Source: Paraspadella gotoi (lineage: Eukaryota; Animalia; Chaetognatha). From it: a stretch of 63,709 bases of DNA. The position numbers and the translations under genes are program-made. The stretch covers positions 10,477,045 to 10,540,753 of the forward strand of contig CM119267.1 of NCBI GenBank assembly GCA_051294375.1, written 5' to 3'. How positions within the stretch are numbered: the stretch's first letter is position 1; each line of letters begins with the position of its first letter. Below the pieces are notes generated by a model. It was given only the letters and a program-made list of their open reading frames with translations. It was not told the DNA's origin and made no database searches. Of the stretch, positions 15,348 through 27,101 are shown one piece after another.

Positions 15348-15628
15348 GCTTTCTTTCTTTCTGTCTTTCGTTCTTTCTTTATTTTTTCTTTCTCTCTTTT
15401 TTTTGTCTTTCTTTCTTTCTTTCTTTCTTCTTTCTTTCTATCTGTCTTTCGTTCTTTCTTTCTTTTTTCTTTCTTTCTTTCTTTTATTTTCTGTCTTTTT
15501 TCCCACTGACTCGAAGAAAGAACTCAAGAAAATTGAAGAAATAATTTTAACGGTTACGTCGAGGCCCCGCGAGCATAAATAGCGGCGCGAGACGAGAGAC
15601 GATAGTCGCAAGAGGGCGGGGATAGAGT

Positions 15629-15680
<52 letters not shown>

Positions 15681-16499
15681 AAAGGAAGAAGATAGAGGAA
15701 GGGCGACTGAAGGACAGAAAATGAAATAAGGAAGGAAAAAAAGTGAAGGACAGAAAATTAATAAAGGAAGGTCAGACTGAAAGACAGAAAATGAATAAAG
15801 GAAGGACAGAAAATGAAGGACTTAAAGATATAGAATGAATTAAGGAAGGAAAGAAGATTATCAAGCGGCGATTGAGGGACAGAAAATGTATTACAAACCA
15901 GTCGCAATAAGTAAGACAAGGAATAAAAAGAGAAACAAGGTCAGTTTTAAGAGATCCTCGTAGTTACTGTGATAATTGATAAACTAGAACTTGAATGAAT
16001 AGAAATAACACGCTGCATTAGAATCCACTATAACTATTGAATTATGTACTAAGAGAGAAAATCGATCTGAGGATAAAAAGAGAGAAAAAAATCTGAGGGA
16101 AAAAAATTAAAAAGAAAATATAAAAGAGGGGAAAAAAATATAGAAAGCTGTTTATTCGTATTTCCAAGGGGATATATTCGTGATCGAGATTTGACTGAGA
16201 GTCTTCGTCAACATTTCAAAAAACGACGTCGTTACGTTTTCTCTTCTGGCGTCGATTTTGACTATTGAGCGTCTCGCGGGAACCTTAAAAACCTTTCGTC
16301 TCGAATATCTTGAGTGCAAACATCAGCGCGACATCTGTTTACGATCGAGGAATAAACTAACTGCCATCACTTCGGTATTACTGGCTAAATCGTGACTGTT
16401 AAGTGTGAACGTTATCACTTGAACTTATTTCACGCTGTACAAGTTCTTAGTAATAACCCGCGCTTTACTTAAACTTCTTTTTTTACTTCGTTCATTCGC

Positions 16500-16577
16500 T
16501 GATTGGTTTTTAAAAAAAAAAGCTTCCGCTTGTCCGATTGGCGTTTAATAACTCACTTCCGGCCGGCGTTGACGTCG
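16500..16577. promoter_or_regulatory. Putative promoter motif cluster (two reverse CCAAT boxes, ETS site, CRE-like site)
   Basis: ATTGG at 16502 and 16537 (35-bp spacing), CACTTCCGG at 16554-16562, TGACGTC at 16570-16576. Lies ~1.9 kb upstream of the gene at 18497. Confidence 0.35.
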
Positions 16578-16825
16578 ATCCCGTTCCATTAGATTTCCCA
16601 CCCACGCGTTTCTCCCATGGGTCGCTCCATTGTTCCGGAATTTTCAATTGTGCCTTTTTTAAATAAAAAGAACCGGAAAATGGTTTTTCCCCCGTTTTTT
16701 TTTTTTGTCTTCTTCATCCTGTTTTTTTTTAGTTCGCCCCAACTTGGGGAAGGAGAAGGAGAATTTCGAAAGTCGCAGGTTTTAGAGATTGTCAGGGAGA
16801 GAAAAGATGAGAGAGAGAGAGAGAA

Positions 16826-16873
<48 letters not shown>

Positions 16874-17243
16874 AGAGAGAGAAGAGAGGAGAGAGAGAGA
16901 GAGAGAGAAGAGAGAGATGAGGCGTTTAGCAAAACGACACAACTTCAAACAAGACGCATCTGATTCATGTTGGCTGCTGAGGAAGAGAGGGGTGGCGATG
17001 TGGAAGAGGAGGGCTTGGAGAGAAAAACCACAAGGGCTCAACCACAACCTCACCCCATCTTTCCCCCTCTTCCCCCCCTTCCCCCCCGCTAACTTGTCGC
17101 CCAGAATTTCGTTCCCGTCGCGTTTTATGAGCGTCGCGAGTAAACAGTTTTTTATGAAGATGACGGGGTCGGGGCGGCGGCAGAGGGCGTTGCCGGAAGA
17201 GGGTCGCGAACCGTGACGACGATGGCGGAGGGAAGGCGAAGGG

Positions 17244-17310
<67 letters not shown>

Positions 17311-17665
17311 AAAGAAACTTTTTCGGAAGAGGAAGCAACGGAGACGATTAGCGTCCGCACAATGGGACGTTGGTAATGTGAAGAAAGCGTTTTTTTAGAT
17401 TTTCCGTGGTGACGTTACGAATTTGACGTTTAACGTTTGTTTCTTTCGCCCCCCCCCCACAAAAAGAAAACAAGAAGGGTAATTCCAATGTGTTGCGCCG
17501 CAGTGACTTTATTTTTCATGTGTATTTCCCCATATGATATGACTTGACTAAAAAACTTTATTCGCCTGTGTATTTATGACATGCACAGCCTCAAAATTTC
17601 TTATAGTTTTAGGAATTCCTGAAGGTGGCGCTAGCAGTCTCTCAGATTTGAGGATTTTTTCTGTC

Positions 17666-17819
17666 TTAACAAATGAGCAACCAACTATAAGCAAAATATT
17701 TGCATTTTTAATGTAAGAGGGACAGACCGACTGACAGACAAAGCGACGGACCGACCGACAGAATGATCGAAAAGTCACTTATAGAGTGGCTCGGCGAGTA
17801 CTCGCGGCGCAACTAAAAA
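17666..17819 (+). mobile_element. Helentron-associated (HINE/DINE-1-like) short non-autonomous element, copy 1
   Basis: TTAACAAATGA start, ACTATAAG subterminal repeat, GACA/GACC microsatellite, CTTATAG, hairpin GCGAGTACTCGC, CAACTAAAAA end. A second copy lies at 57013-57169. Confidence 0.6.
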
Positions 17820-18332
17820 GCGGCTAAAACCATCGAAGACCAAAAGACATTAAGGAAAAAAAAAACCAGAAATCACCATCGAAACTTACACAGTCGACGG
17901 GAATTTAAGCGATATATATTTACAATCCTCTTGTCAACTCAAACCACAAATGACAAAAGAGCAATTTGAAGATCGAATTTAAATCGAAAGATTTATGAGG
18001 GAGAAAAAAGTTGTAATTACTCTTTGAATTTTTTCGTTGCCCCGAACGACGCGACTCTCGTGGGCCCGTTATTTGACGAACGAGGGTCCCTGAGCGACAA
18101 CATATCTCTCTCTCTCGTTGGATTTCGCTGACTGGGGGGTTTTTACGAACCGATGAGAGGCCGGAGGGGGGGTAATAAGGGGCGGTTGTATCAGTGGAGC
18201 TAAGGGGCGAAGAGTTTTCTTTGTCTACGAATCGTACGGCAAAACAATTTTTGCCCTTTTCGTCCTGTGCTTTTACTAAGCCAAAGACTTTAACAAACAC
18301 AATGGCAGAGAACATTCTCTCTCTCCTCCTCT

Positions 18333-18407
<75 letters not shown>

Positions 18408-18496
18408 TTTTTTTTCTCTCTCTTTTTCTGAGTTTCTCTCACTCGAAAATCTCTCGAATAAGCTCTCAAAGCGACGAAGCTTTAAGTATAAAAAAG

Positions 18497-19531
18497 ATGG
18501 CTACCCTCCCAGGGATTTCGTTTTTTTATTTATTTCTTCTTTTCTTTGAGTCAGGGGATATGACATGCGACATCTCCTGCCTGTCCGAATTAGGTCAGTA
18601 ACAAAATCATAGTGATATCGATTTTTTATAACTTCGATGACGACTTTTTACTAACAATGTTAAATGACTTTTTTTTAATTTGTACTATGACTTATTCAAT
18701 CAGTCGAATGACATTTCTAATGAGTTTTTTTTCTCTGAACGAATGATTTTTTTAATTACTTTTTTTAATTTCTCCAATGATGATGTTTACTGGCTGACGA
18801 TAACAGTTACGAAAATGCTGAATCGACGTTTGTGTTTCGACGGACGCCATCATAGCGTCAAAAGACGAGAGATTCTCTTTTAACGAGATCGGATAAAACG
18901 AAATTCGTGGCTTAACGGTCGTAGACGTCTCTTGTTCACGAGATTAACATGGAGATAATTTCAACGTCGCCAACCGCAATGGCCAACTTGAATGCTTTTT
19001 AGTCGTAGTATATCCGCTGCGACTAAAAAAAAAATGCTTTTCGGTCGGTCGGTCTGACTTATCACCCAATCGAATCAATATTAAATTATTTGTCCGGGGA
19101 TACCAGTGACGAAAAAAGTAACGAGGTGACCAAATCTTTTTACCAAATTGGCCGAGTCGTCTCTTTTCGTTCTTGACGATAATTTCTGATATATATTTTT
19201 AAATTCGATTTACTTTTTATCCTATTCTTTTGTTTTCCTTTGATCGATCTCTTTGTCAGAAAGCATTCGCGACTGCTTCGAGAATTTCATCGTATTCGCC
19301 GGGGAAGAGATCTTGACCAACCTCAACCAGATGGCGATGATCATGCGGCGCGTTGGCGATTGGCACCGCAAGCAGAATCGAGACGTCGATAAACATCACG
19401 TGACCGAGAAGATGCTGCAACTGCTGAAGAAAATGCACAAAGGTTTGCATCTTCTTTCAAATGATAAGTTATCCGTTGCTATTATCTAATTAGCTAATAG
19501 CAATTAGCGCTTGATTATTTTAATCATAATT

Positions 19532-19621
<90 letters not shown>

Positions 19622-21095
19622 GAGGACGAAAAATGAAAAACCTCTCACAAAGATTGCCTGATATAATCTATAATATTACACCTTAGTAAGAGACGTCTCT
19701 TCAAAAATGAAATCATCAATTATAAATATCTATATCTACTATCTAGGCGGCCTAATTCCGGACGGCGTCTTGGAAAACTTGTTTCGCCCGGTATTCACCG
19801 AGGTCGCTGCCTTCGTTGACGACCAAGGAGATGAGAAACGAAAGACGTTCGCTTGCGAATTTAAACATTTCTGTTTCGATGGATATCACTCCGGTTGCAA
19901 GGACGTCTGCGCTTCAAGTGACCCTTTGCCTCTTTTTTTTTTTTTTGTCCTTAAAAAATTCTCAAGATGATTTAACTGAGCCAAGCCATTCTCCCTCCTA
20001 TCGCCCTTTTTAGAAATTTTTATGTTGGATAATTATTGAATGAAAAACGTTCAGAAAATCGATATCTTTTTTAATATTGACTAACTTATGAATAAACTAA
20101 ACGTAAATGTTTTTTTTTTATTCTACTGTGCTTAGGTTTGCCTTTATTATAATTTTTTAAAATTTACCAAAAAAAATTAAAAAAAAAGAAAAACGTTAAA
20201 AAAAACTAGACGCCATTCCCCTTTCCACTCAACCCAGTTTTCAAATATGACGTGCACGGCGAACTGGACTGCTGGACCATGAACATGATCGCTTACCTCC
20301 GCGGGATCAACGGCTCGGTCTTCCGAACCTCCATCGCCGACTATCACCTCTACTACGTGGACCGCGAGTTCCAGTGGGAGACGCCGAACGAAGACGACCT
20401 GCAGAGACGCGCAAAGACCATCGTCGACACCAACGGGGGCCTCTTGTCCAACGATCCGCTCAAGAAATTCTTTGTGAAACTCTTCAGCGAGACGACGAAT
20501 TATCCCTCGACGATCGTGAATAAAAGGGGGAGGGGGGTGCGAGGGGGGGGGAATTGGACGGATGGCTCGTATTTATATATTCATTTATTAAGAAACAGAA
20601 TACGGATAATTTAAATAGTTAAATATACGAACTAACTCATGAACAAGTAACGATGGAAACGAACTTAAAGAAACTAACGACTGAAGCACCGAACGCGAAG
20701 GAAGTGTACAAGCGATCGAGTTTATGAACCAACCACGAAAGATTCGAACGAATGAACGAACGAACGAATAATTAAACTAAATAACTAACGAATAAAATAA
20801 CCAAGGAAAGGACGAACACACTAACAAATGAACTAACGGACGAAACAAAAGCAACGCCCTGTTCACTTTTCAGAATAAAACGACCAAAGCTCTACCGAAC
20901 GTCGCCCAAGAGATCCAATTCAAGTACCCTGGCGTCAACTGCGACTTTTTCCCCCCCTGCGTCGGCCTGGGCGGCGAAATCGTCATCTACAACTCCACCG
21001 AATACGTATTCTTCAACTCGGCGTCCGGGGATCTCGTGGACGGGCGACTCCTGCCCACGATCCTCTCCCTCGCCGTCTCCTTCCTCCTCTTTTGA
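18497..21095 (+). CDS. Uncharacterised ~316-aa Cys-containing protein with a probable GPI-anchor signal (5 exons)
   Basis: Exons 18497-18593, 19260-19442, 19747-19917, 20238-20515, 20874-21095. All introns are GT-AG, phases 1,1,1,0 are compatible, 951 nt without internal stops, GC-rich codons. Ends ...NSASGDLVDGRLLPTILSLAVSFLLF*. The start is uncertain: the hydrophobic N-terminus could instead be a polypyrimidine tract with an acceptor at 18554. Confidence 0.75.
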
Positions 21096-21313
21096 GAGAA
21101 AGGGCGGGAAGCGGAGGGGGGGGGGAAGAGAGGATTAGGGGAGTTTAGATAAGGAGGAAAGATGAAAGGAAGGTTCATAGAATAGAAAGGGAAGGGAAGG
21201 GAGAAAGGATCGGGGGGGAAAAGAGAAAATAAGAGGAAAAGAAAAGGAAGAGTGAAAAGCAAAAAACAATATGACTGGGAGAATGAAGAAAGTTTGAAAT
21301 GTAGGAGAAAGGA

Positions 21314-21513
21314 ACAATGACAACGGGGGCAAGATGAGAAAGGAAAATTGAGAAAGACAACGGGGGCAAGATGACAAAGACAATGACAAAGACAATGACA
21401 ACGGGGGCAAGATGAGAAAGGAAAATTGAGAAAGACAACGGGGGCAAGATGACAAAGACAATGACAAAGACAATGACAACGGGGGCAAGATGAGAAAAGA
21501 AAATTGAGAAAGA
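21314..21513. repeat. 78-bp minisatellite, ~2.5 copies
   Basis: CAACGGGGGCAAGATGAGAAA recurs at 21321, 21399 and 21477. Confidence 0.9.
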
Positions 21514-23384
21514 GGAGGAGAGAAATAGAGGGGTGGAAAAATGTAACACTGTTCGAAGACTCACTGAATATGAAATTGGTATGCGATTCGAAGTTTTGTT
21601 CTCGAATCGTGATGAAAAATGGTCAAATATATCGAAAAGTGTTCTAAATTGTTGGAATTTATTAATTGATGACTAAATTGGTAAAGGTAATTGACCAGTC
21701 TTCATTTCATAACTCTCTCTCCCTCTCTCTCTTTCGTCTGTCTCTCACTCACTTTCTCTCTTTCTCCCCGAGACGTTTTGATAGTTCTGCCAATAATTGC
21801 GTTTCATCAGTTTCCATTATTCCTCTTCCGACGCGCTCCCCCCGCCCCCCTCACCCTCTAAGCTCTATCGTCTCCATGGAAATCTTGGAAGGCGGCGCGG
21901 CGGCGTCGGCGACGGCGTCGCGGCCGCAGCGGTTTCGTCCCAGAGGTCACGTGGTTTTGTCTCTGGGCGGATGATGGGGCCGCAAATGAGAATCTAACGA
22001 TCCTGGCGGAGAGGGGGATCGAGCTTGAGAGCGAGACAGAGCAAGAGATAGAGTCCATGAGTTCGGAGAAAACGGGCCGACCGAGAGAGAGAGAGACAGG
22101 ACTAGAGATTGAGACATCAAGTTACGAGGGCGGTTGACGACAAGAAAATGTCACAAAGTCAAATGAGAAACCGTGCGTAGGCGATATTGAAAAACGATAG
22201 CAAGGCGACTTTTTTTCGTCTTTTAAACAAATCACAAGTTTGTTTTTTTTATTCGATAACCATGGATCATAAGTCTGAAGTTGAAAACAAACAAAAGTTT
22301 GAAAAAAAATTTTAAAAGCTTCGTCCCCCCTTCCAAACATTCTTTTTTATTCTCGTTTTCCTAGAGGGAACAAAGAAATTTGTTTTTCTCTTTTTTTTTT
22401 CTTTCCGCTTTTAGTCTCTAAAGATTCTGTTCGCTAAACCCGAGCGACAGTTTTTGGCTTCATTCGAAATTAGCATATATGTCCCTTCCCATTTCTTTAA
22501 GCTTCCGTTCTTTTCTTTCGTACCCCTTTTTCTACTACTCGCCTTAAGTCCTTAAAATTATCAAAGTTTGTTTCCTGTGTCAAATTTCATTTAAATAACG
22601 CTATTAATAAATATCAATTCCGATTCTTTAAATCCGTGCCATTTTATATAGTCATAAAACTCAATTTTTTGTCTCTTCCCTAAGGCTAAGCCCCTATTTC
22701 TTCTCCAAGTCCCACATCTTTTTTTTTCGCTGACTTCACCATAAAACTGTCGCCCTGAAAATTACGGAAGAATAAAAAGTCTGGGAGGAAAAAGAATGGC
22801 TTACGCTTAACTTATCGTTCTTTGTGTTTGCTGTGACGGGATTGAATATAGCATTATTTAATTTATGCTATTCAATGTTAGAAAGAAAATTTAAAGGTAT
22901 AAACATTTTCATTTAAAAATCGAAGGAGCAATATTAGACCGGTATGTTAAAAATCAGTATTATTAATCAATATATCTATGAAAAAAAAATAACGAAATGT
23001 AAAAAGTAAAAAACGCCTTTTAGCGATTCGAGGACCCGAGCTCAGAATAGGGATGGCTGGGGAAAAGAACCCCCTAAAATTTCGTGAAGATCGTGAAATA
23101 TTTCCGTCGTAAAAGTTTTCAGTGGGAGAGAGACAACCAGGAAAGAATTGGAAACGGCGCGACGGTTAACTGGCGGTTAAAGCCAAGGCGCCATTTCAAA
23201 TGGAACTTTGGGTAAAAACTGGTTGACAACACGTGAAAAAGTGGTGGGACCCGGATATAGAATTTGACTGAAAGTAAATAAATAAAATCTACTCAATCGA
23301 TTTAATTCTCATAATTTATCGAAATTTGTCAAAAAAAAAGAGAACCCGAATTTGTATTGTGCCAAATTTTTCAAGAGAAAATCG

Positions 23385-24453
23385 TCACGCGAATTCGACT
23401 CGAAACTGGTTGTCTTCGAAGTAGCTTGTCGACTCCTTCCACGTAGATTCGCCGATCTTGTCGTGGTCGCGCAGAACGTCTAGAACCCTTGGAGGGGGGG
23501 GCGAAGGCGGGGACATCGAAGCATCACGCTGTTAAATTGTAACTAAATAAAACTCCAATTAACTATCTCACTGGTAAACGTCGAGGCAGGAGTGAAGCGT
23601 GACGCCGCAATTAGCGAGATTCTCCGCGGCGCCCTGTTTCCTGTCCAAGAGGACGACGGCGTCGTCGACGACGACGCCGGAGGATTTCTTCAGCGACGAC
23701 GCCGACTCCCAGATGGAACGCCCACTGACAACGGTGTCCTCGATCAGGAGGGCATGATCGCCTGGAGTAGAAAGGAAAGACGAGTTGATTAATGCAAAGG
23801 ATTTCTTTTTTTTTTTAATCATTTTTTAAATTTAATTTTTTTTTAAAAATCGCTAAAACATTAAAATTTAAAAATTAAAATTACAGCCTGAACGGTTCTG
23901 TGACTAACTCAACAATTATTACTGTCTCTTCAAAATCAAATTTAACATACTCACCCAAATTAAAGGAGCCTTCGACAAGCTTCTGCGTCCCATGCGATTT
24001 AGCTTCCTGTCTTTGAAGGATCATGGGTGCGCCTTCGACGAGGGAGAAGGCCGTCGTCAGAGGAAGGGCCGCCATGGGCACCCCACACACAACGTCGAAG
24101 GTCAGATTCTTCTGCGAGTGGGTAGATCTCAAACAATTTTATCTATCGATATCGCGACAAGATTCGACCTTACCTCTTCGCATTTGGCGGAGACGAGTTC
24201 CGCGGCAGTTTTGAGAAGTTTCGGGTGCGACATCAAAAGACGAAGATCGAAGTAGATCGGGGACACGTGGCCGCCTTTCAGGGTGTACCGACCGAATCGA
24301 ACGGCCTGTCAGTGATAAAGCGATTTTTACACGAAGTTGTAAAAAAACAGCTAAAATAGGAAGGTTGAATTACGCAATATGATAATTTCTTGGTAAACTT
24401 ACCTCGATGGAGAAAAGATCTAGAACGAACTGCGAAATCCGTTGATTCGCCAT
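23385..24453 (-). CDS. Orotate phosphoribosyltransferase, monofunctional (OPRT domain of the UMPS family only), 210 aa, 5 exons
   Basis: Exons 24453-24403, 24305-24174, 24111-23955, 23761-23572, 23487-23385; GT-AG, in frame, 633 nt. Motifs FGRYTLKGGHVSPIYFDLR, CGVPMAALPL, RQEAKSHGTQKLVEG, PRPP loop LIEDTVVSGRS, VVLLDRKQG. Collinear with the UMPS N-terminal domain. Confidence 0.92.
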
Positions 24454-24941
24454 GACCCTCCGTGAAGCTAGTTTAAATCTCGAAGACGCAGCGAGTTCTG
24501 CCTTAGGTTATATTCGTCTTTAAAGAATACGACAGCCAGGAATCTCTCCTCCACTTCGGTTTGATGTTAACAGATTCTTCGCATTCTTTTTGCCAACCTG
24601 GAGTTTTTTTTTTAAATAACTTTTGATTTAGCAGATTTATTTTAAAAAGAACTTTTTGGAATTTTTTCGATTAGATGATAGATATTGTTTAATATTACAA
24701 TATATAACGATTTTCTAAAAATGCCATTTGAAAACATTACAAAGTTGTATTCAAAAAGACTTTGAATCACTTCCATTTCTGAAATAAGCCTTCTGCAGCA
24801 GCAGCAGGAGTACAGCGCCGTTTCTTGGACGGCCTTACTGTTGAAACAGTATAAGAAAAACAGCTGAAGCAATTGCGTGTTTCTATAATCATAATTATTC
24901 TAGAAAAAACCTGGTAAAATTCCGGTTTTATTAATAATGTG

Positions 24942-26076
24942 TACTAAAGCGTAGTAAAATTTCTAAATTTAACTTTAATTAAAATTCTAAAAGTGAGGAA
25001 CGAACAACATTATATAATGAACATTTATGTAATAAAAAAATTTATAATAAATTTTACAATTTACGCAGTAGGGCATATTTATACTAGTACTAAACCAATA
25101 AATGTTCAAATTTCAAAACAGTTTTTTTTAAAAATTTTTTTGCAGATTTGGATTCGTCATAAAAAGTTGATAAAAAGAAATATAACTCTTTTTGAAAAAT
25201 TCCTTCATTAAGTGGGTCAAAAATTAGAAAAAGCTAATTTTAAGCTGAAAATTAATTTTTTATATATTAAATATAGTTTTTTTCAATTTTTAACCCACTT
25301 AATGAAAGAATTTTTAAAAATGATTTATATTTTCTTTTATCAACTTTTGACGAGGAATTCAAATCTGCAATCAAAATTAAGAAAAGCTTATTTTGAAATT
25401 TTTTGATTTTATAAGGATAGTACTATATATAAATATAGCCTACTGCAAAAATTAAAAACATAAAATTAATTTTTTTATAAATTAATGTTCACTGATGGTA
25501 TGTTGTTCATAATTGACTTTTAGAATTTTCGTATATAACTTTCACTACGCCTTAAAGTGTAAGTTGATTATCTCTTTATATAAACTGTCAATCTATCATG
25601 TCAATCAACAGCCAGTTCAGGTTTTCTTATTCTATCCCATTAATTTTTATTGCAGATTTGAATTCCTCATCAAAATTTGATAAAAGAAATATAAATCATT
25701 TTTAAAAATTCTTTCATTAAATTGGTTAAAAATTAAAAAAACTATATTTAATATATAAAAAATTAATTTTCAGCTTAAAATATTGTTTTTTTTTATTTTT
25801 GACCCACTTAATGAAGGAATTTTTTAAAAAAGAGTTATATTTCTTTTTATCAACTTTTTATGACGAATCCAATCTGCAAAAAAATCTTAGAAAAAACTGT
25901 TTTGAAATTTTAACATTTATTGGTTTAGTACTAGTATAAATATAGCCTACTGCGTTAATTTAAAATTTATTATAAATTTTTTTATTACATAAATGTTCAT
26001 TAATATAATGTTGTTCGTTCCTCACTTTTAGAATTTTAATTAAAGTTAAATTTAGAAATTTTACTACGCCTTAGTA
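24942..26076. mobile_element. AT-rich foldback/MITE-like element with nested inverted repeats
   Basis: Arms ~24942-25372 and ~25648-26076 are reverse complements (TACTAAAGCGTAGTAAAATTT...AAATTTTACTACGCCTTAGTA). 24942-25553 is itself an imperfect palindrome. TA at both outer ends. Confidence 0.75.
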
Positions 26077-27055
26077 AGCATGCTCGCTCGCTCTCGCATT
26101 AGTGCACTCTCGTGCTTTTCTACCTTTGATGCAGTAATTTAATTTACGTCGTAATTTTTCCAAGCAAAAAAAAAAAAAAATAAATGAAAAACTCTACAAA
26201 GTTAATTAGATAAATCGCCGTACGACGCCTCTCTCACATTAAAATAATTGTTTGTTTCTCGCGTTCGCGCTCGGCTTGGCGTCAAAGGCGAGCGCCCTAA
26301 CGGTTTGAGTCTACGCTCATTCGCTTACCTGGCGCCCGTGGGATTCGAACGCCCATGCCGATGCGTTCGCTCCTCGTCCGAAGCGACTTTGTATCGTGAT
26401 TCTGGTCTAACAGCGGCGCCCTCCTCGCCGGCTTTTCTCTTTTCTCCTTCGCCTCGGGGGCCTATGTGACTCCATGCGCGACGAACGGGAAACATAATTC
26501 ACAGCCTAGTGAATTTAATATCACCGTCCGCATCGTTATGGTTGACTATTTAACTATTTAACTCGATATAACGACTCGATAATTCGATAACTATTTGACT
26601 ATTTAAATCAATAACGAGTTCGTATGACTATAACTATAAACTATAACTATAAACTGTTACGTAACTAAAGCGAAAAGAAAAATAAAACTATTCCTCGCTA
26701 TCTGAAAATAAATATTTTCTCGTCAATAAATTTGAATGTATGATTTAAGAAGGAATTAGTTTAAATAAAGTAACGTTTAACGCTCGTTTTCACACACTAC
26801 ACACAAAATTAACAAACACATAACGATAAAAATCAGCACAAAACAGATCGTCATAAAAACATAAAGAAGGAGACATTAAGCAAATCGACTCTTCTTATTA
26901 TGAAGACGATGTTTTCGTTACTAACGTAGACTTTTGACCTTTGGCCTTTGAACTTTGCCGCCTTCCACAGATTCTTTTCTCTGGGACCACGTTCGCCCAA
27001 AATGGGACTCTGACCCCGGGGGAAGCCGAGGGGGGAAAAAGAGTTTTTTATGTTG

Positions 27056-27101
<46 letters not shown>

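Noticed and set aside
16589-17398. Long ORFs such as the 249-aa and 199-aa frames, and similar SL/ER-repeat ORFs elsewhere
   Set aside because: They are read-through of (GA)n/(CT)n microsatellites and low-complexity DNA.
26322-26362. tRNA-like 3' half on the minus strand (GTTCGAATCCCACGGGCGCCA) and U1-like CTTACCTGG on the plus strand
   Set aside because: No matching 5' acceptor strand, D arm or anticodon arm, and the T stem is disrupted. U1 loop I (GATCACGAAG) is absent. Better explained as a minus-strand CAG|GTAAG splice donor.
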